DNA of 64,000 nt from a virus (lineage: Duplodnaviria; Caudoviricetes). The stretch spans positions 8,643 through 72,642 of IMG/VR virus record IMGVR_UViG_3300025133_009061; one strand, written 5' to 3'. The notes under the pieces were generated by a model. That model did no database searches. It saw only the letters and a program-made list of their open reading frames with translations, and was not told the origin of the DNA. The position numbers and the translations under genes are program-made. Shown piece after piece: positions 1 through 10,105 of the stretch. Each line of letters opens with the position of its first letter. Positions within the stretch are counted from its first letter, which is position 1.

Positions 1-1998
1 GCTTTAAGGAAGGAATTAGAAGCAGCGCAAGAAAAAGTCGAAAAAGGTGATCAGACGGCTTTGGGCGTCAGGGAGCTAACAGTGTTACAGGTGGCTCCTA
101 AGGTCTTAACGGTTTTAGACGCGGCGGTAAAAGAATATAACACGAATATCTCAAAAGAAACCGACTTAAGAGAAAAAGCTATAGAGGCGGCAAAGACGGG
201 GAACAAAGTTACTCTTAAGACTATAGAACTGGCAGGTAGGTACGCTCGAGGAATGGAGCTTCAAAATCAACGTCTTGGCTTAAGCAGAGCAACGGAACGA
301 TTAGATTTTATTGATGACGACTTAGCATCAGGAAGGATAACTGGGAAACAGTACGCAGGATTCAAGGGGTCTCAAAGAAAGGCGAGTCGGGATTATTTAG
401 GGCTCACAGAAGAAAATATGAAGTCTAGTATCTTTAAGGATACGTTTACATATAACGCTAGGGAAGCATTAGAAGACTTTGAAGCGGGACAAGCATCGGT
501 AGCTGAGAACATGAAATCCTCTTTCGCCAATGCATTTCAATCTATATCAAGCGGCGCTAACAGTGTTCAAGGAGCCTTAGCTAATATGGCCCAAAGCATT
601 CTTAATTCCATCTCACAAGTTTCCTCCAATATGTTTACTAACATGATGTTTAGCAAGATGGGGTGGCAAGGTTCTCAAGGGGGTCTTGTTCCCGGTTATG
701 CGGGAGGAGGAGTTGTGAGGGGGGGTTCAGGCTACAAAGATGACGTGCCTACGATGATGCAAGGTGGGGAATTTGTAATAAAAAAATCTTCAGCGCAAAA
801 AATTGGTTATGGAAACTTAAATGCTATAAATGGCTACGCCGAAGGTGGTCTCACTCAAGGTCCATCCATGTGGAAAATGGGAGCTATAGGTGCGGGTGCC
901 AGCGCTCTTTCTGGGGTTATAGGTTCAGCGATGCAGCCGGGAGCACCGAGTCCTTTGCCTTCTCGAGATTATGGATTAGGTAGAGGGAAGCATGGTTACT
1001 TCGGGGGTGCTGATCCTGATGCTGGTCAGACTGATATGATTACTGGCGCGAGGGGCTCAGCAGGAGTATCCTTGGGGAAGGGGTTCGTTTATTATCGCCG
1101 CGACCCCGAAACGGGAAGGCTCATTAGTGAGCGCGCAAGGCCCACTGAGGGGCGTTTTGAGGTAAGCCAGAGGCTTTCTTTGTTGGGGCGTCTAGGAGAT
1201 GACCCTCAGACTAGCCGGATGTTTGGTAAAGAGCAGGCTATGTCTAAATATCAGGATTATTTAGAGACCGAGACGCAAAGCCGAAAAGATCAAATTAACG
1301 CCGTTAAGAAACAAAAAAGGAGCAGGCTTATCGGCGCTTACATGAATGCTGCCATGCTGATTGGTGGAGCTAAAATAATGGATGGAGCAAAGGCTGCGGC
1401 TCCAGCAATGGATCAAGTTAACGCTACAGGAATGCCTGATTGGGCTACGGCAGGTACGAACATAAACTATGGGCCTACCCCGGATGTTCTGACGTCAACT
1501 GGAATGCCTTCTTGGGCGTCAGGACAACCCGGAGACGCTTTGGGTGGGTACAAACATTACGCAAACGGAGGCAGTGCGAGCGGTACTCCCGCAATGGTGA
1601 TGGGTGGAGAATATATAATGAGTCCTGATACTGTTCGGACGTACGGTACCAACTTCATGCACGAATTAAATAGGGGTAACGTTCCTAGTTACCAAGGTGG
1701 GGGTCCTGTTGGGGGAGCGTCTTTGGGGAATCAAGGTGGTCCTCACAGCGAAACTTTAATTGGAGGTAATACAACCAACAATGTTAAGATAAGTGTTAAC
1801 GTCGATAAAAATGGTAAAACAGACGCTTCCGCAAGTGCAGGTACGGGAACCTCATCTGGAAAGGGCGACGAAACAGATAGAGACGAAGTAGAAAACAACA
1901 AGGCTTTAGGTCAATTGTTGCAAGGAGTTGTCTTGGAGGAGATCGTCAAACAACAACGACCCGGTGGTTTGCTACGTAGGAGCCCCAACGCTCCCTAA
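1..1998 (+). CDS. Tail tape measure protein, C-terminal part (5' truncated by window edge)
   Basis: Frame open from base 1; Ala/Gln-rich helical region, then repeated YAxGG...VPxM..GE(F/Y)(V/I) motifs and terminal QQRPGGLL, typical of siphovirus TMP C-termini. Confidence 0.85.
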   Translation, partial: ALRKELEAAQEKVEKGDQTALGVRELTVLQVAPKVLTVLDAAVKEYNTNISKETDLREKAIEAAKTGNKVTLKTIELAGRYARGMELQNQRLGLSRATERLDFIDDDLASGRITGKQYAGFKGSQRKASRDYLGLTEENMKSSIFKDTFTYNAREALEDFEAGQASVAENMKSSFANAFQSISSGANSVQGALANMAQSILNSISQVSSNMFTNMMFSKMGWQGSQGGLVPGYAGGGVVRGGSGYKDDVPTMMQGGEFVIKKSSAQKIGYGNLNAINGYAEGGLTQGPSMWKMGAIGAGASALSGVIGSAMQPGAPSPLPSRDYGLGRGKHGYFGGADPDAGQTDMITGARGSAGVSLGKGFVYYRRDPETGRLISERARPTEGRFEVSQRLSLLGRLGDDPQTSRMFGKEQAMSKYQDYLETETQSRKDQINAVKKQKRSRLIGAYMNAAMLIGGAKIMDGAKAAAPAMDQVNATGMPDWATAGTNINYGPTPDVLTSTGMPSWASGQPGDALGGYKHYANGGSASGTPAMVMGGEYIMSPDTVRTYGTNFMHELNRGNVPSYQGGGPVGGASLGNQGGPHSETLIGGNTTNNVKISVNVDKNGKTDASASAGTGTSSGKGDETDRDEVENNKALGQLLQGVVLEEIVKQQRPGGLLRRSPNAP

Positions 1999-2861
1999 TA
2001 ATTGAGGGACTCAAGTTTTTTCACCCTTTGGTCCAACAGTTGAAACCTTCGGTCAATTATTTCTACCGCTTCGTTGTAGGTGCTTTGGGGATCTATGCTG
2101 TTGGGAGGTAAAAGGGGAATGCCATTAACTGGTGAATAGTCAAATGTAATCTGGCACAATTCGGCGTCCAAAGTTTCTCCATAATATTTTTTGTTTAAAT
2201 TTAGGGCCTGTTTTACTATGACAATCTCCCCTTCTTTAACGCCGTCAGGTAGGGGGTAGGATATATTTATCTTGGTTCCTTCCCCTGTGAATTCTACATG
2301 TGTTATATCTCTTTCCAGAATAGAGGCGTTAGGAGAGGAGTCGAATGTTGTTTCCACGTTTATAGTTTTGCCATGAGAATCCATAAAACTAACAGGAGAG
2401 GATGGAGGTATGATATATTTTCCCTTGTCGACGATGACCAATGTCACTTGGTTGTTTTCGCCAACGTTTTTTATTTCTATTTGGGTATATTTTCCCGTTA
2501 GATTTTCACTGGAACTAGAGGGGACACCGCCTTGGGCAAAGAGTCTATCTCCTTCTTTAAGGTCGGTAATTGAGGAATCCGAGAATTCAACAGTTTCAGC
2601 TTCGTATTCAGTGAAGGTTACCGATGTTATATCGTTTCTGAAGAGTTGATGGACGAAATTTCCTTTTACGAAAAGTGCTTCTTTAAAGATTGAAAATTTT
2701 CTTTTTATAGTTAGGTCTTCCAATGCTTCAGCCCGATAAAAAATATCGTTATTAGCCAGCTTTACAAAAGCTCCATTTACGCATGAGACGGTTCGCGTGG
2801 AGGAAATGTAAAGTTTGTCTTGTCCTTTTTCTATGGAACCAAGAAAAGTTTCAGGTTTCAT
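1995..2861 (-). CDS. Hypothetical protein, probably tail-associated
   Basis: 288 aa ORF directly downstream of J in the same operon; C-terminal coiled coil (RRFQLLDQRVKKLE). Confidence 0.6.
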   Translation of the reverse strand: MKPETFLGSIEKGQDKLYISSTRTVSCVNGAFVKLANNDIFYRAEALEDLTIKRKFSIFKEALFVKGNFVHQLFRNDITSVTFTEYEAETVEFSDSSITDLKEGDRLFAQGGVPSSSSENLTGKYTQIEIKNVGENNQVTLVIVDKGKYIIPPSSPVSFMDSHGKTINVETTFDSSPNASILERDITHVEFTGEGTKINISYPLPDGVKEGEIVIVKQALNLNKKYYGETLDAELCQITFDYSPVNGIPLLPPNSIDPQSTYNEAVEIIDRRFQLLDQRVKKLESLNY

Positions 2862-2870
2862 GTTTATATT

Positions 2871-5800
2871 CTATTGATTAGTCGCTAGAATACCAAATCT
2901 AACTTTTATAAGTGAGGGAACCCATTTGTTCATTTCAAATCTCCTTTCGTTATTCACCCTCATCCTCCCTATACCCTCTCTACCATTGTATGGAGCATAT
3001 TGGCTACGTAATTTATCCATATAATAGTTTATGATAATGTCACCGCTATCTGGTTTGTCTACTCGGGTAGAGGTATAAACACCCATTCCTCCATCCATCT
3101 CGGGGAAAACAGATATAGCGGATGACTCAAGGTTCTTAAACAGCTCTTGAGTTAATTTGATTTCAATCCAGATTTGTGTTGCAAAGCCAGAGTTTCCCTT
3201 ACTTGGTTGTGATACCTTGTATCTGACGGACATTCCTTGGCCTAGAGCTACGTTTTTAAATACGCAATTCTTTTCAAGCAAAGCGGCTGGAAGCGGGTCC
3301 CCTATACCTTCTTCTCCCAAAATTGAATACTTATTGTCGACAGGATATCCCAGTTTACCCATTTCCAAATCAACCCACTCCACCGCTTGAAGTGAGGCGA
3401 AACTTTGTGTGCTATCGCGTGTCCAAGATTTCTTCTCTTTATCCTTAACGGTCCTCACGGGCGTAAGCCCCTCACTGAGAATTCCTAGTTCACACCACCC
3501 GCGAAAAGCTAATGCAGTATCCCCGGCTGCCATGATACTGGATTCCCCCATGTATAGGGAGGTCCCAGCGGGGGCTAGTGACTCATTTATCTTACCGTCT
3601 GCCCCCACAATATTAAGAGGCTCCGCGAAGTCTACAGGTATGGTAGACATGTTAATATCTCGATCAGTAAAGATTTTGGGGGTTTTCTTGTTAGTTCCAT
3701 TGTTTTCTCCCACCAGTTTGGCTGTTTTTCCGTCGGCTTCGAAACCTCTTAAAAGTGATAGTTCGTCGAAGAAGCCAACAACGAGTTGTATGTTTTCTAC
3801 TCTTGGGTCTGAAGCCTTTGGGAGAGGGAGACGTAGGGCCTCCAGCGTATCGCTCTCGTTTAAAAGATAATATCCCCGGTGGAGTTCGTAGTCTACGTCG
3901 ACCGTTGCTAGGAGACCCTCCGAGCTCAACACGCCGCCAAAAAATTTGTTAGCTTTAGTCCCTATTAAACCAGCGTTTGTGTTTTCTGTACTATCTACTT
4001 TATAAGCATTAGTGCCTTCATTGGCTTTAAGGTCTACTTTAAAGGCCGCGGCCTTCGTCGGAGTCTGAATGTCGCTCCCGTCACCGAAGGTCATCGTGTT
4101 GTCTCCTGTCGTGTAGTAGTAAATAAGTCCCGCTACATTATTAAAGTACTTCTCTAAATCTTCGTCGGTGGATACGGTTAGTCCAGCATTTGCCCCTGCT
4201 CCTTCCGAGTGTTGAAGCGTAATGTCGAGGAAACCGTTAGGGTACATCGCTGTTTGAGCCACGTAGGGGTAGTTTTGCGTATAAGCTTCATAAGGCTGAA
4301 GCCAGTCGGTCGTAAAAGGGTTGTTATCAAAGGCTCCCGTGGAGGCAAAAATCAGCCCGCTAGGTGGCTCGATTGAGACGCCCATGATATCGTATTTTGT
4401 AGTGCTTCCTGCCCAGTTGGATTCACTTTCATTATTCCCGATAGTATTGGCCCACACCTCATTTCGCGAACTTGTTTTCCCGTACTGATCATGAGCTTCA
4501 ACTACTATGTCATATTCGCGTAAAGGAAAATCCTCGTCGTTATTAGTCACAATATAACCGCTGGGTTCGGCGCGGATAAAGTACTGCTCATTTTGCTCTC
4601 CTTCTTTAATTTCCGCCAGTTCGGTAGCGTCCGTGATTTGGGTGAAAGCGGGTTCACTTTTCCAAATCGTCGAGTCACCCGTCGGGCTGACTACAGCATC
4701 ACCACGGAGCCCTGTTACAACATTGGGATCGTTGTAGGTAGATTTAAAGGCGAAATCTGGAGAAAGCGCCGCCGGGGTGAACCCGGTAAACTCTAGGTAA
4801 ATTTTACTATCGGGAATGTTGATGCTGTCCGCCTTAGAGGGTTTTCTTATTGTGATGCGATAATCAGTAAGATTTTGAGCAGGGGTTAATTCATAATAAG
4901 GGTCATCATACTTGCCCATGTCCGGATGATCCGGGTCTTTGACTTCATTCATTATCGATGTGAAAGAAGCGTTCCATCCAAAAGTTGGTTCCATCGAATC
5001 AATGGCATGCATGGTCGTTTTACTACTGCTTGCCGGAACAATGTTTTCCGTGGTCAATTGGCTGATGCTGATAGCGTTAGCTATACTAAAGGATTGCGCG
5101 TCTGTTTTGGGTGCGTCTATCTTAATTTTACCTAATATCCCGTCAGAAATAGCTCCTTCTTTAGACAAAGCGAAAACAGCAACGTGATAGTTTTCAATAT
5201 CAGGTTCGTAAATTAAAAATTCAGCCGTGTAGTCTTTTATTTTTGCGTCAGTAATGTTTCCATCATCGTCTTTCTTTATTTCGTATGTCCCGTATTTTGA
5301 CGTCGATCCAGCCGTTTTTCCCGGAATGAAGAGTTCTACACCGGTTTCGTATACCCTCCAGTTACCGTGATTAACAGCGAAAGGTAGTCGATTCGAACCA
5401 TCAACCTTGCCTACGTCTTCAGGTAAATTAAAATTTGCTCCACGAGAAATACAAATAGCGTAATCCAATGTTTCATCCGCTACTGTGTCAGTATTTATGA
5501 ACTGTTCGGCGCTGTTTTCTGGGTCGGTATTGATTTGAGCAGATTCATAACCGGCAGGTAAAAACTTCACCTTCAGAGTCAGGTATTTATCCAGTAGAGG
5601 CACGTCTGTCTCCGCTGAGTACCCGCTTGGCCACGCATAGTCTATATCAAGGTCTAGAGCCGTAGATGTTGCGGCTCCGTCCGGTTTAGGCTCACCGTAA
5701 GGAAAATAAAGTGGTTTAATCTCATTAATTTCAGCTTGTCTGCCGGTAACGTGTCCAGTTGGAAACATTGGTATTTTAGAGACGTTTTTACCCTCAAATT

Positions 5801-8606
5801 TTATAGCGTTTTCGACGTCGTCATATTTTCCGGTCGAGTAAGCTAACGCGGAAACCGAATAGGAGCTATTATCATTTTCCGTCACGTTAACAATTCTATA
5901 ATCGGAAGAATTTCCACTCACAAATTCGTCGTCATTTGCAGCGGAAGGTTCACAGCTCCAAATTAGGTTTTGGCCCGAGAAACATCCGCCAGAATAGGAT
6001 TCCGAAACGGGAGCAGCCGTGTACGCACCTTGTACGTCATCGTTTGTATAACCTGTTATGACGTAATTGGTGAAATCAAATTTATTACCGGTCCCTCCAA
6101 AGGCGCTTCCTGTGTTAAAGAAAATTTGAGTGCATACGCCGCTGCCGCTTACTAAATAATCAGACCTAAAAGTATCGCCTCCCGCAAGAGATCCCGTATA
6201 GGTTTTAGTGTGTGCGCCGCTGAAAAACACTGTTTGAAGCTGATTCCTGCTGGTCTTGTTTGAAGAGTCAAGCTCTTTGGTTCCCGTGGGGTAATCATAA
6301 GTTGGGGTAAGAAGATCCAGTTTGTACAATTTATCTGTTTTAAAAGAAATTGCCTGATCAACAATGATGTTGTCGAAATTGGTGCCATCAAAGGGAGTGA
6401 CCTCCCCATCACTATTTTCCGAATCATCCGAGTAAACTAGAGGTTCAACACGATTGGTTCGACCACTATACTTCAACGGGCTTCTAAAGTTGTCGTAAAT
6501 TTGAACAACGTCCCCCGGTTTAAGATATGCTCCCTCCATACCGACCCCAAATGATACCGTTTCGGTTTCGTTAGCTTCGCTAGCCAGAATCCATTTGGCA
6601 AAACGTCTGGCTTGACCTTTACTGGTGCATCCCAACGCAGAGGTTTCAATTTCCCTAATACCATACCTTCTTACTGATTCTTCGTCTTCGACATATTCGA
6701 CCGCCGGTTGGAAGAAGTTTCTTTTGTCGTTGTATCTCACTATGGCTACTGTGTGACGAGCCTTCTTTGCGGAAGAAGCGTAATTAAAATCCCCATTAAC
6801 GACATTGGACGTAGTAAACTGGGTAAGGGGGTTTTTGAATTTGTCTTGAACGGCCATAATGGAACCGTTTGCGTAATAAGCTATGCCACGAAAAGCTGAC
6901 GCCAAGTCGTTTACGACCTTGAAGGCTTCTTCGCGACTTGATATCATGTAATTGAAGGTAAATCTAGGTTCTATACCGCCGTAGCCATCAGGGACAAGAA
7001 CGTCACAGTATTGTGCTATTTCGTAAAGAGCCCATTTGTCAATGTCGTCTTCCTTGATGTATTCCCCAAGTCCGTAACGAGGATTAGTTAGAATGTCGTA
7101 AAAACACCATGCAGGATTATCGCACCACTCCTTTATAAAGATTTCCTCCTTTGACTCTTCTGCGTTGCTATCTGTAGTGATATCAGTAGCAGAAAAAGTT
7201 TCCTTTTTGAATTCTCCATTCCAATTGTTTTCGTCAAGGGTAGCACATACAGGTTTATTCCAGAACGCTTGAGTCTTTTCGCTTCCAGCTCGCGTAGAGA
7301 AATACCAAGGGTTAGAACCTGTCCTTCGGCGACTTTTGGTGTTGAAGCTCGCGTTTGGGAAAGCTGCTGCTTCGTCACTTCTCCCGTATGTTTTTGTTTC
7401 GGGGTCGTAATTGTTGGGAACCTTAATCTTCAAAAGACGCGTATCATATGCTCGAGAAGGAATCCGAGAAAAGGTTTGCGCATCAAATTGAGAATATATC
7501 ATAGAAGAGTATGGATATCTCAGTTGTGTACCGTAGACTTCTACTATGGAGTCCACGAAGGAAACATTCCTTAAGAAGGAAGTAAGGGACTCTGGCGTGA
7601 GGCGGACAATCCTTATCCTCCACCCCTCAAAAAAAGCAGTATCAGCCAAGTCTTCCTTGGAAAGATCGATGATAGTGGTTCGAATGTACCCTTGATCTAT
7701 CTTGCCGGTGACTCGTTCAGTGATGGGACCAATCCATTGTTGTGGAGAGAGAACGGTTTTATCCAGTACGATATCGACCGTTTTGCCTAAACTTGCCGGT
7801 TGGAATCGTTGATCAAAAATAGGTTGATAGTAAATTGCATATTCTATGGTGCGAGCCTTTGTGTCTCCGTAACCTGCGGACGCCGCTCCTTGCGCTGCTA
7901 GTTGAGACGATTTTTTGTAGGTCTTGGGTCCTGCCTGTAGGCTTTCAAACAGGGCATTTATTTTAATGTTTACCTGTATCTTACTGCATTCTTTATTTAG
8001 TATGGTGTAGGTCTTAGAATATTTATCTATTTTTGTGCCCGCTTTTAGTTTAGCCGATCTTTCGTCAGTGGGGAATTCTCCATCTCCGCTAGCTACTTCT
8101 GGTCCGTACAGTCTTTCGCCGATCCCCCTTTGAACGCTTAAGTCTAGCAGGGGGTCACCGGTCATGCCGGTGTAGTTGTTCATGTCAGTACTTAATGTCG
8201 GAAGAGTTCCGATAGGTCCTCCAACCACTTGATGGACGTTAACGGATTGAAAGTTATAATAACCATCTTTGTCAACAACTGGAACGTCATTCCAGTAAAT
8301 AGAACGTAAAAAACCCAACTGCAACTGTTCGGCGCTGTTTGTAAGAGAGGCTGTTACGGGACCACTTATTCCGGTAGCTAAGAAAAGATCGAGAGTGACT
8401 TGGGTGTATCCTGTTTCGCCTTCGTTCCCCATGTATTGGTAGTTACCGCTTACAAGACCGTCTATTTCTCCTTCGCTTAGCAAGTCTGCGGTTTCAGCGT
8501 AAGAACGAGAAGTTACATAGTCATAGTCAGGGGCTGTACCCACCCTTACAGCGGAAACATCAGTTACGACTGGGCGTCCTTGTTTTTGTTTTTTCTTTTT
8601 TCCCAT
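2871..8606 (-). CDS. Tail tip / host specificity protein J (lambda gpJ-like)
   Basis: DLLSEGEIDGLV, WCDNPAWCFYDILTNPRYGLG, EPRFTFN, GCTSKGQARRFAKWIL and LKPGDVVQIYD motifs; start moved to ATG 8606 (MGKKKK) just after the gpI stop. Confidence 0.9.
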   Translation of the reverse strand: MGKKKKQKQGRPVVTDVSAVRVGTAPDYDYVTSRSYAETADLLSEGEIDGLVSGNYQYMGNEGETGYTQVTLDLFLATGISGPVTASLTNSAEQLQLGFLRSIYWNDVPVVDKDGYYNFQSVNVHQVVGGPIGTLPTLSTDMNNYTGMTGDPLLDLSVQRGIGERLYGPEVASGDGEFPTDERSAKLKAGTKIDKYSKTYTILNKECSKIQVNIKINALFESLQAGPKTYKKSSQLAAQGAASAGYGDTKARTIEYAIYYQPIFDQRFQPASLGKTVDIVLDKTVLSPQQWIGPITERVTGKIDQGYIRTTIIDLSKEDLADTAFFEGWRIRIVRLTPESLTSFLRNVSFVDSIVEVYGTQLRYPYSSMIYSQFDAQTFSRIPSRAYDTRLLKIKVPNNYDPETKTYGRSDEAAAFPNASFNTKSRRRTGSNPWYFSTRAGSEKTQAFWNKPVCATLDENNWNGEFKKETFSATDITTDSNAEESKEEIFIKEWCDNPAWCFYDILTNPRYGLGEYIKEDDIDKWALYEIAQYCDVLVPDGYGGIEPRFTFNYMISSREEAFKVVNDLASAFRGIAYYANGSIMAVQDKFKNPLTQFTTSNVVNGDFNYASSAKKARHTVAIVRYNDKRNFFQPAVEYVEDEESVRRYGIREIETSALGCTSKGQARRFAKWILASEANETETVSFGVGMEGAYLKPGDVVQIYDNFRSPLKYSGRTNRVEPLVYSDDSENSDGEVTPFDGTNFDNIIVDQAISFKTDKLYKLDLLTPTYDYPTGTKELDSSNKTSRNQLQTVFFSGAHTKTYTGSLAGGDTFRSDYLVSGSGVCTQIFFNTGSAFGGTGNKFDFTNYVITGYTNDDVQGAYTAAPVSESYSGGCFSGQNLIWSCEPSAANDDEFVSGNSSDYRIVNVTENDNSSYSVSALAYSTGKYDDVENAIKFEGKNVSKIPMFPTGHVTGRQAEINEIKPLYFPYGEPKPDGAATSTALDLDIDYAWPSGYSAETDVPLLDKYLTLKVKFLPAGYESAQINTDPENSAEQFINTDTVADETLDYAICISRGANFNLPEDVGKVDGSNRLPFAVNHGNWRVYETGVELFIPGKTAGSTSKYGTYEIKKDDDGNITDAKIKDYTAEFLIYEPDIENYHVAVFALSKEGAISDGILGKIKIDAPKTDAQSFSIANAISISQLTTENIVPASSSKTTMHAIDSMEPTFGWNASFTSIMNEVKDPDHPDMGKYDDPYYELTPAQNLTDYRITIRKPSKADSINIPDSKIYLEFTGFTPAALSPDFAFKSTYNDPNVVTGLRGDAVVSPTGDSTIWKSEPAFTQITDATELAEIKEGEQNEQYFIRAEPSGYIVTNNDEDFPLREYDIVVEAHDQYGKTSSRNEVWANTIGNNESESNWAGSTTKYDIMGVSIEPPSGLIFASTGAFDNNPFTTDWLQPYEAYTQNYPYVAQTAMYPNGFLDITLQHSEGAGANAGLTVSTDEDLEKYFNNVAGLIYYYTTGDNTMTFGDGSDIQTPTKAAAFKVDLKANEGTNAYKVDSTENTNAGLIGTKANKFFGGVLSSEGLLATVDVDYELHRGYYLLNESDTLEALRLPLPKASDPRVENIQLVVGFFDELSLLRGFEADGKTAKLVGENNGTNKKTPKIFTDRDINMSTIPVDFAEPLNIVGADGKINESLAPAGTSLYMGESSIMAAGDTALAFRGWCELGILSEGLTPVRTVKDKEKKSWTRDSTQSFASLQAVEWVDLEMGKLGYPVDNKYSILGEEGIGDPLPAALLEKNCVFKNVALGQGMSVRYKVSQPSKGNSGFATQIWIEIKLTQELFKNLESSAISVFPEMDGGMGVYTSTRVDKPDSGDIIINYYMDKLRSQYAPYNGREGIGRMRVNNERRFEMNKWVPSLIKVRFGILATNQ

Positions 8607-8613
8607 ATTTTCC

Positions 8614-9381
8614 TTAGTCGTTCGGTGTTGATCCCCATTTCGATACACGATTAGCCAAGAGGCCTCCTGCATTAGGAATATTATAAAGAAGGCCGTACTT
8701 GGTCTGCCCCCATGTATCTTTCGGGAGCACCTCAGCCGGAGAATTTACAGTATCTACGGCGGATTGAATAACATGGCTTCCTATTACTAAGCGACCGTAA
8801 CCAACAAACACCGGTCCCCCTTCTCTTATTGTGTTTTGAGGACCCCCTAAAAGATAAGCCTTTCCTCCTCCTTGTTCTATTTCCCTAAAGTCTCCAAACT
8901 TGGGCATTTCTGTTAAAAGGTTAGTGACACCCGCTGCCACAAGTCCTATGCCACCTAAAACATAAGCGGCCTGCATTCCGGAACTAAGTGATGCTCCTAG
9001 CCCGAAGGCTCCTACCCCTGTCGCTATTAAGACTATCCCTAGGATTATAGTAAAAATGTCCATGATCTCTGAACCTTCCAGTACCGGAACTATGTCTATT
9101 CTTTCTATTTTTTTTGTTTTCATTACGAGTTCCGAAGCAGCCAACCCTTCCGCAGTATTAGGGTCCTTTCCCTCTTCGGTCGCAAAATCTTGTTCGTTTA
9201 TCAGTACCCGATATTTAATATTTTTCCTATCGTTTTCGAGAAGTTGTGAGTAAAATGTCTTTGCGTTACATTGGATTCCTCTCACTGCATCTCCAACGCT
9301 GTTGACAGCGAGGTTCCAGTCGGACTGCCCCATTTGCTCTCCCAAAATGCCATGAAGCTTTATGTTAACTAGTTTATTCAT
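8614..9381 (-). CDS. Tail assembly protein I (lambda gpI-like)
   Basis: IKLHGILGE N-terminus, hydrophobic Gly/Ala segment, GGPVFVGYGRLVIGSHVI. Confidence 0.85.
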   Translation of the reverse strand: MNKLVNIKLHGILGEQMGQSDWNLAVNSVGDAVRGIQCNAKTFYSQLLENDRKNIKYRVLINEQDFATEEGKDPNTAEGLAASELVMKTKKIERIDIVPVLEGSEIMDIFTIILGIVLIATGVGAFGLGASLSSGMQAAYVLGGIGLVAAGVTNLLTEMPKFGDFREIEQGGGKAYLLGGPQNTIREGGPVFVGYGRLVIGSHVIQSAVDTVNSPAEVLPKDTWGQTKYGLLYNIPNAGGLLANRVSKWGSTPND

Positions 9382-10105
9382 ATTTCTTATGTCTATATAT
9401 TTTATACATTCTCTTCTTGTAAATAGAACTTAAATCTTCGATACAGGGGTATTTGTTACGAGCGTGGTGAATCATGGTTCCGTTTCCCAAGTAAACGGAT
9501 ACATGGTTGGGCCCCCCTCCTTTTATGAATTCAAACACTAATACGTCGTGTTTTTTTAGTTGTGACGAAGGGTCCAGTTCTATTCCGATATTTTTTTTAT
9601 TAAGCTGGAAAAGTCGGGCGATTAAATAGGGATCTTTTTTATACCAATCGTTTCCTAAAGTGTTTTCTCCCTCGAGTTTTATTCCTAGGTTCGCATAGTA
9701 CTCTTTCACTATACTGTAGCAATCTGATTTGCCTATTTCAAACAGGCGGTTATAAAGGAAAGTTTTGTTCTTCTTGTAATCAAAAAAAGAGAAAGTGTCC
9801 TTGTTGGTGTTATATAATATATAATTAATTTGGTGAATGCGACTGTTATTCATGTCGTTCACCGAGAATTCTTCGTTTGCGGAGTTGTGGGAATGGTAGG
9901 TAGCCACAATTTTACCGTTACGTGAAGCACGTAAGTAGTCTGATGGGTTTATAGAAAAATGAGCAGTAGGTTTTTCTGAACTATTCCTGCATGGAAATGA
10001 AGTTGGGGCGTTATCTTGATCCACTATTAACCCACAACACTCGTTAGGTTTTTCGCGAAAGGCGTGATCCTTTATTCTTTCTTTAATTAACGGGGAAAGT
10101 TTCAT
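9374..10105 (-). CDS. Tail assembly protein K (JAB/MPN + NlpC/P60)
   Basis: PNECCGLIV...YHSH JAB motif; GKSDCYSIV and HVSVYLGNGTMIHH NlpC/P60 motifs. Confidence 0.9.
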   Translation of the reverse strand: MKLSPLIKERIKDHAFREKPNECCGLIVDQDNAPTSFPCRNSSEKPTAHFSINPSDYLRASRNGKIVATYHSHNSANEEFSVNDMNNSRIHQINYILYNTNKDTFSFFDYKKNKTFLYNRLFEIGKSDCYSIVKEYYANLGIKLEGENTLGNDWYKKDPYLIARLFQLNKKNIGIELDPSSQLKKHDVLVFEFIKGGGPNHVSVYLGNGTMIHHARNKYPCIEDLSSIYKKRMYKIYRHKKYE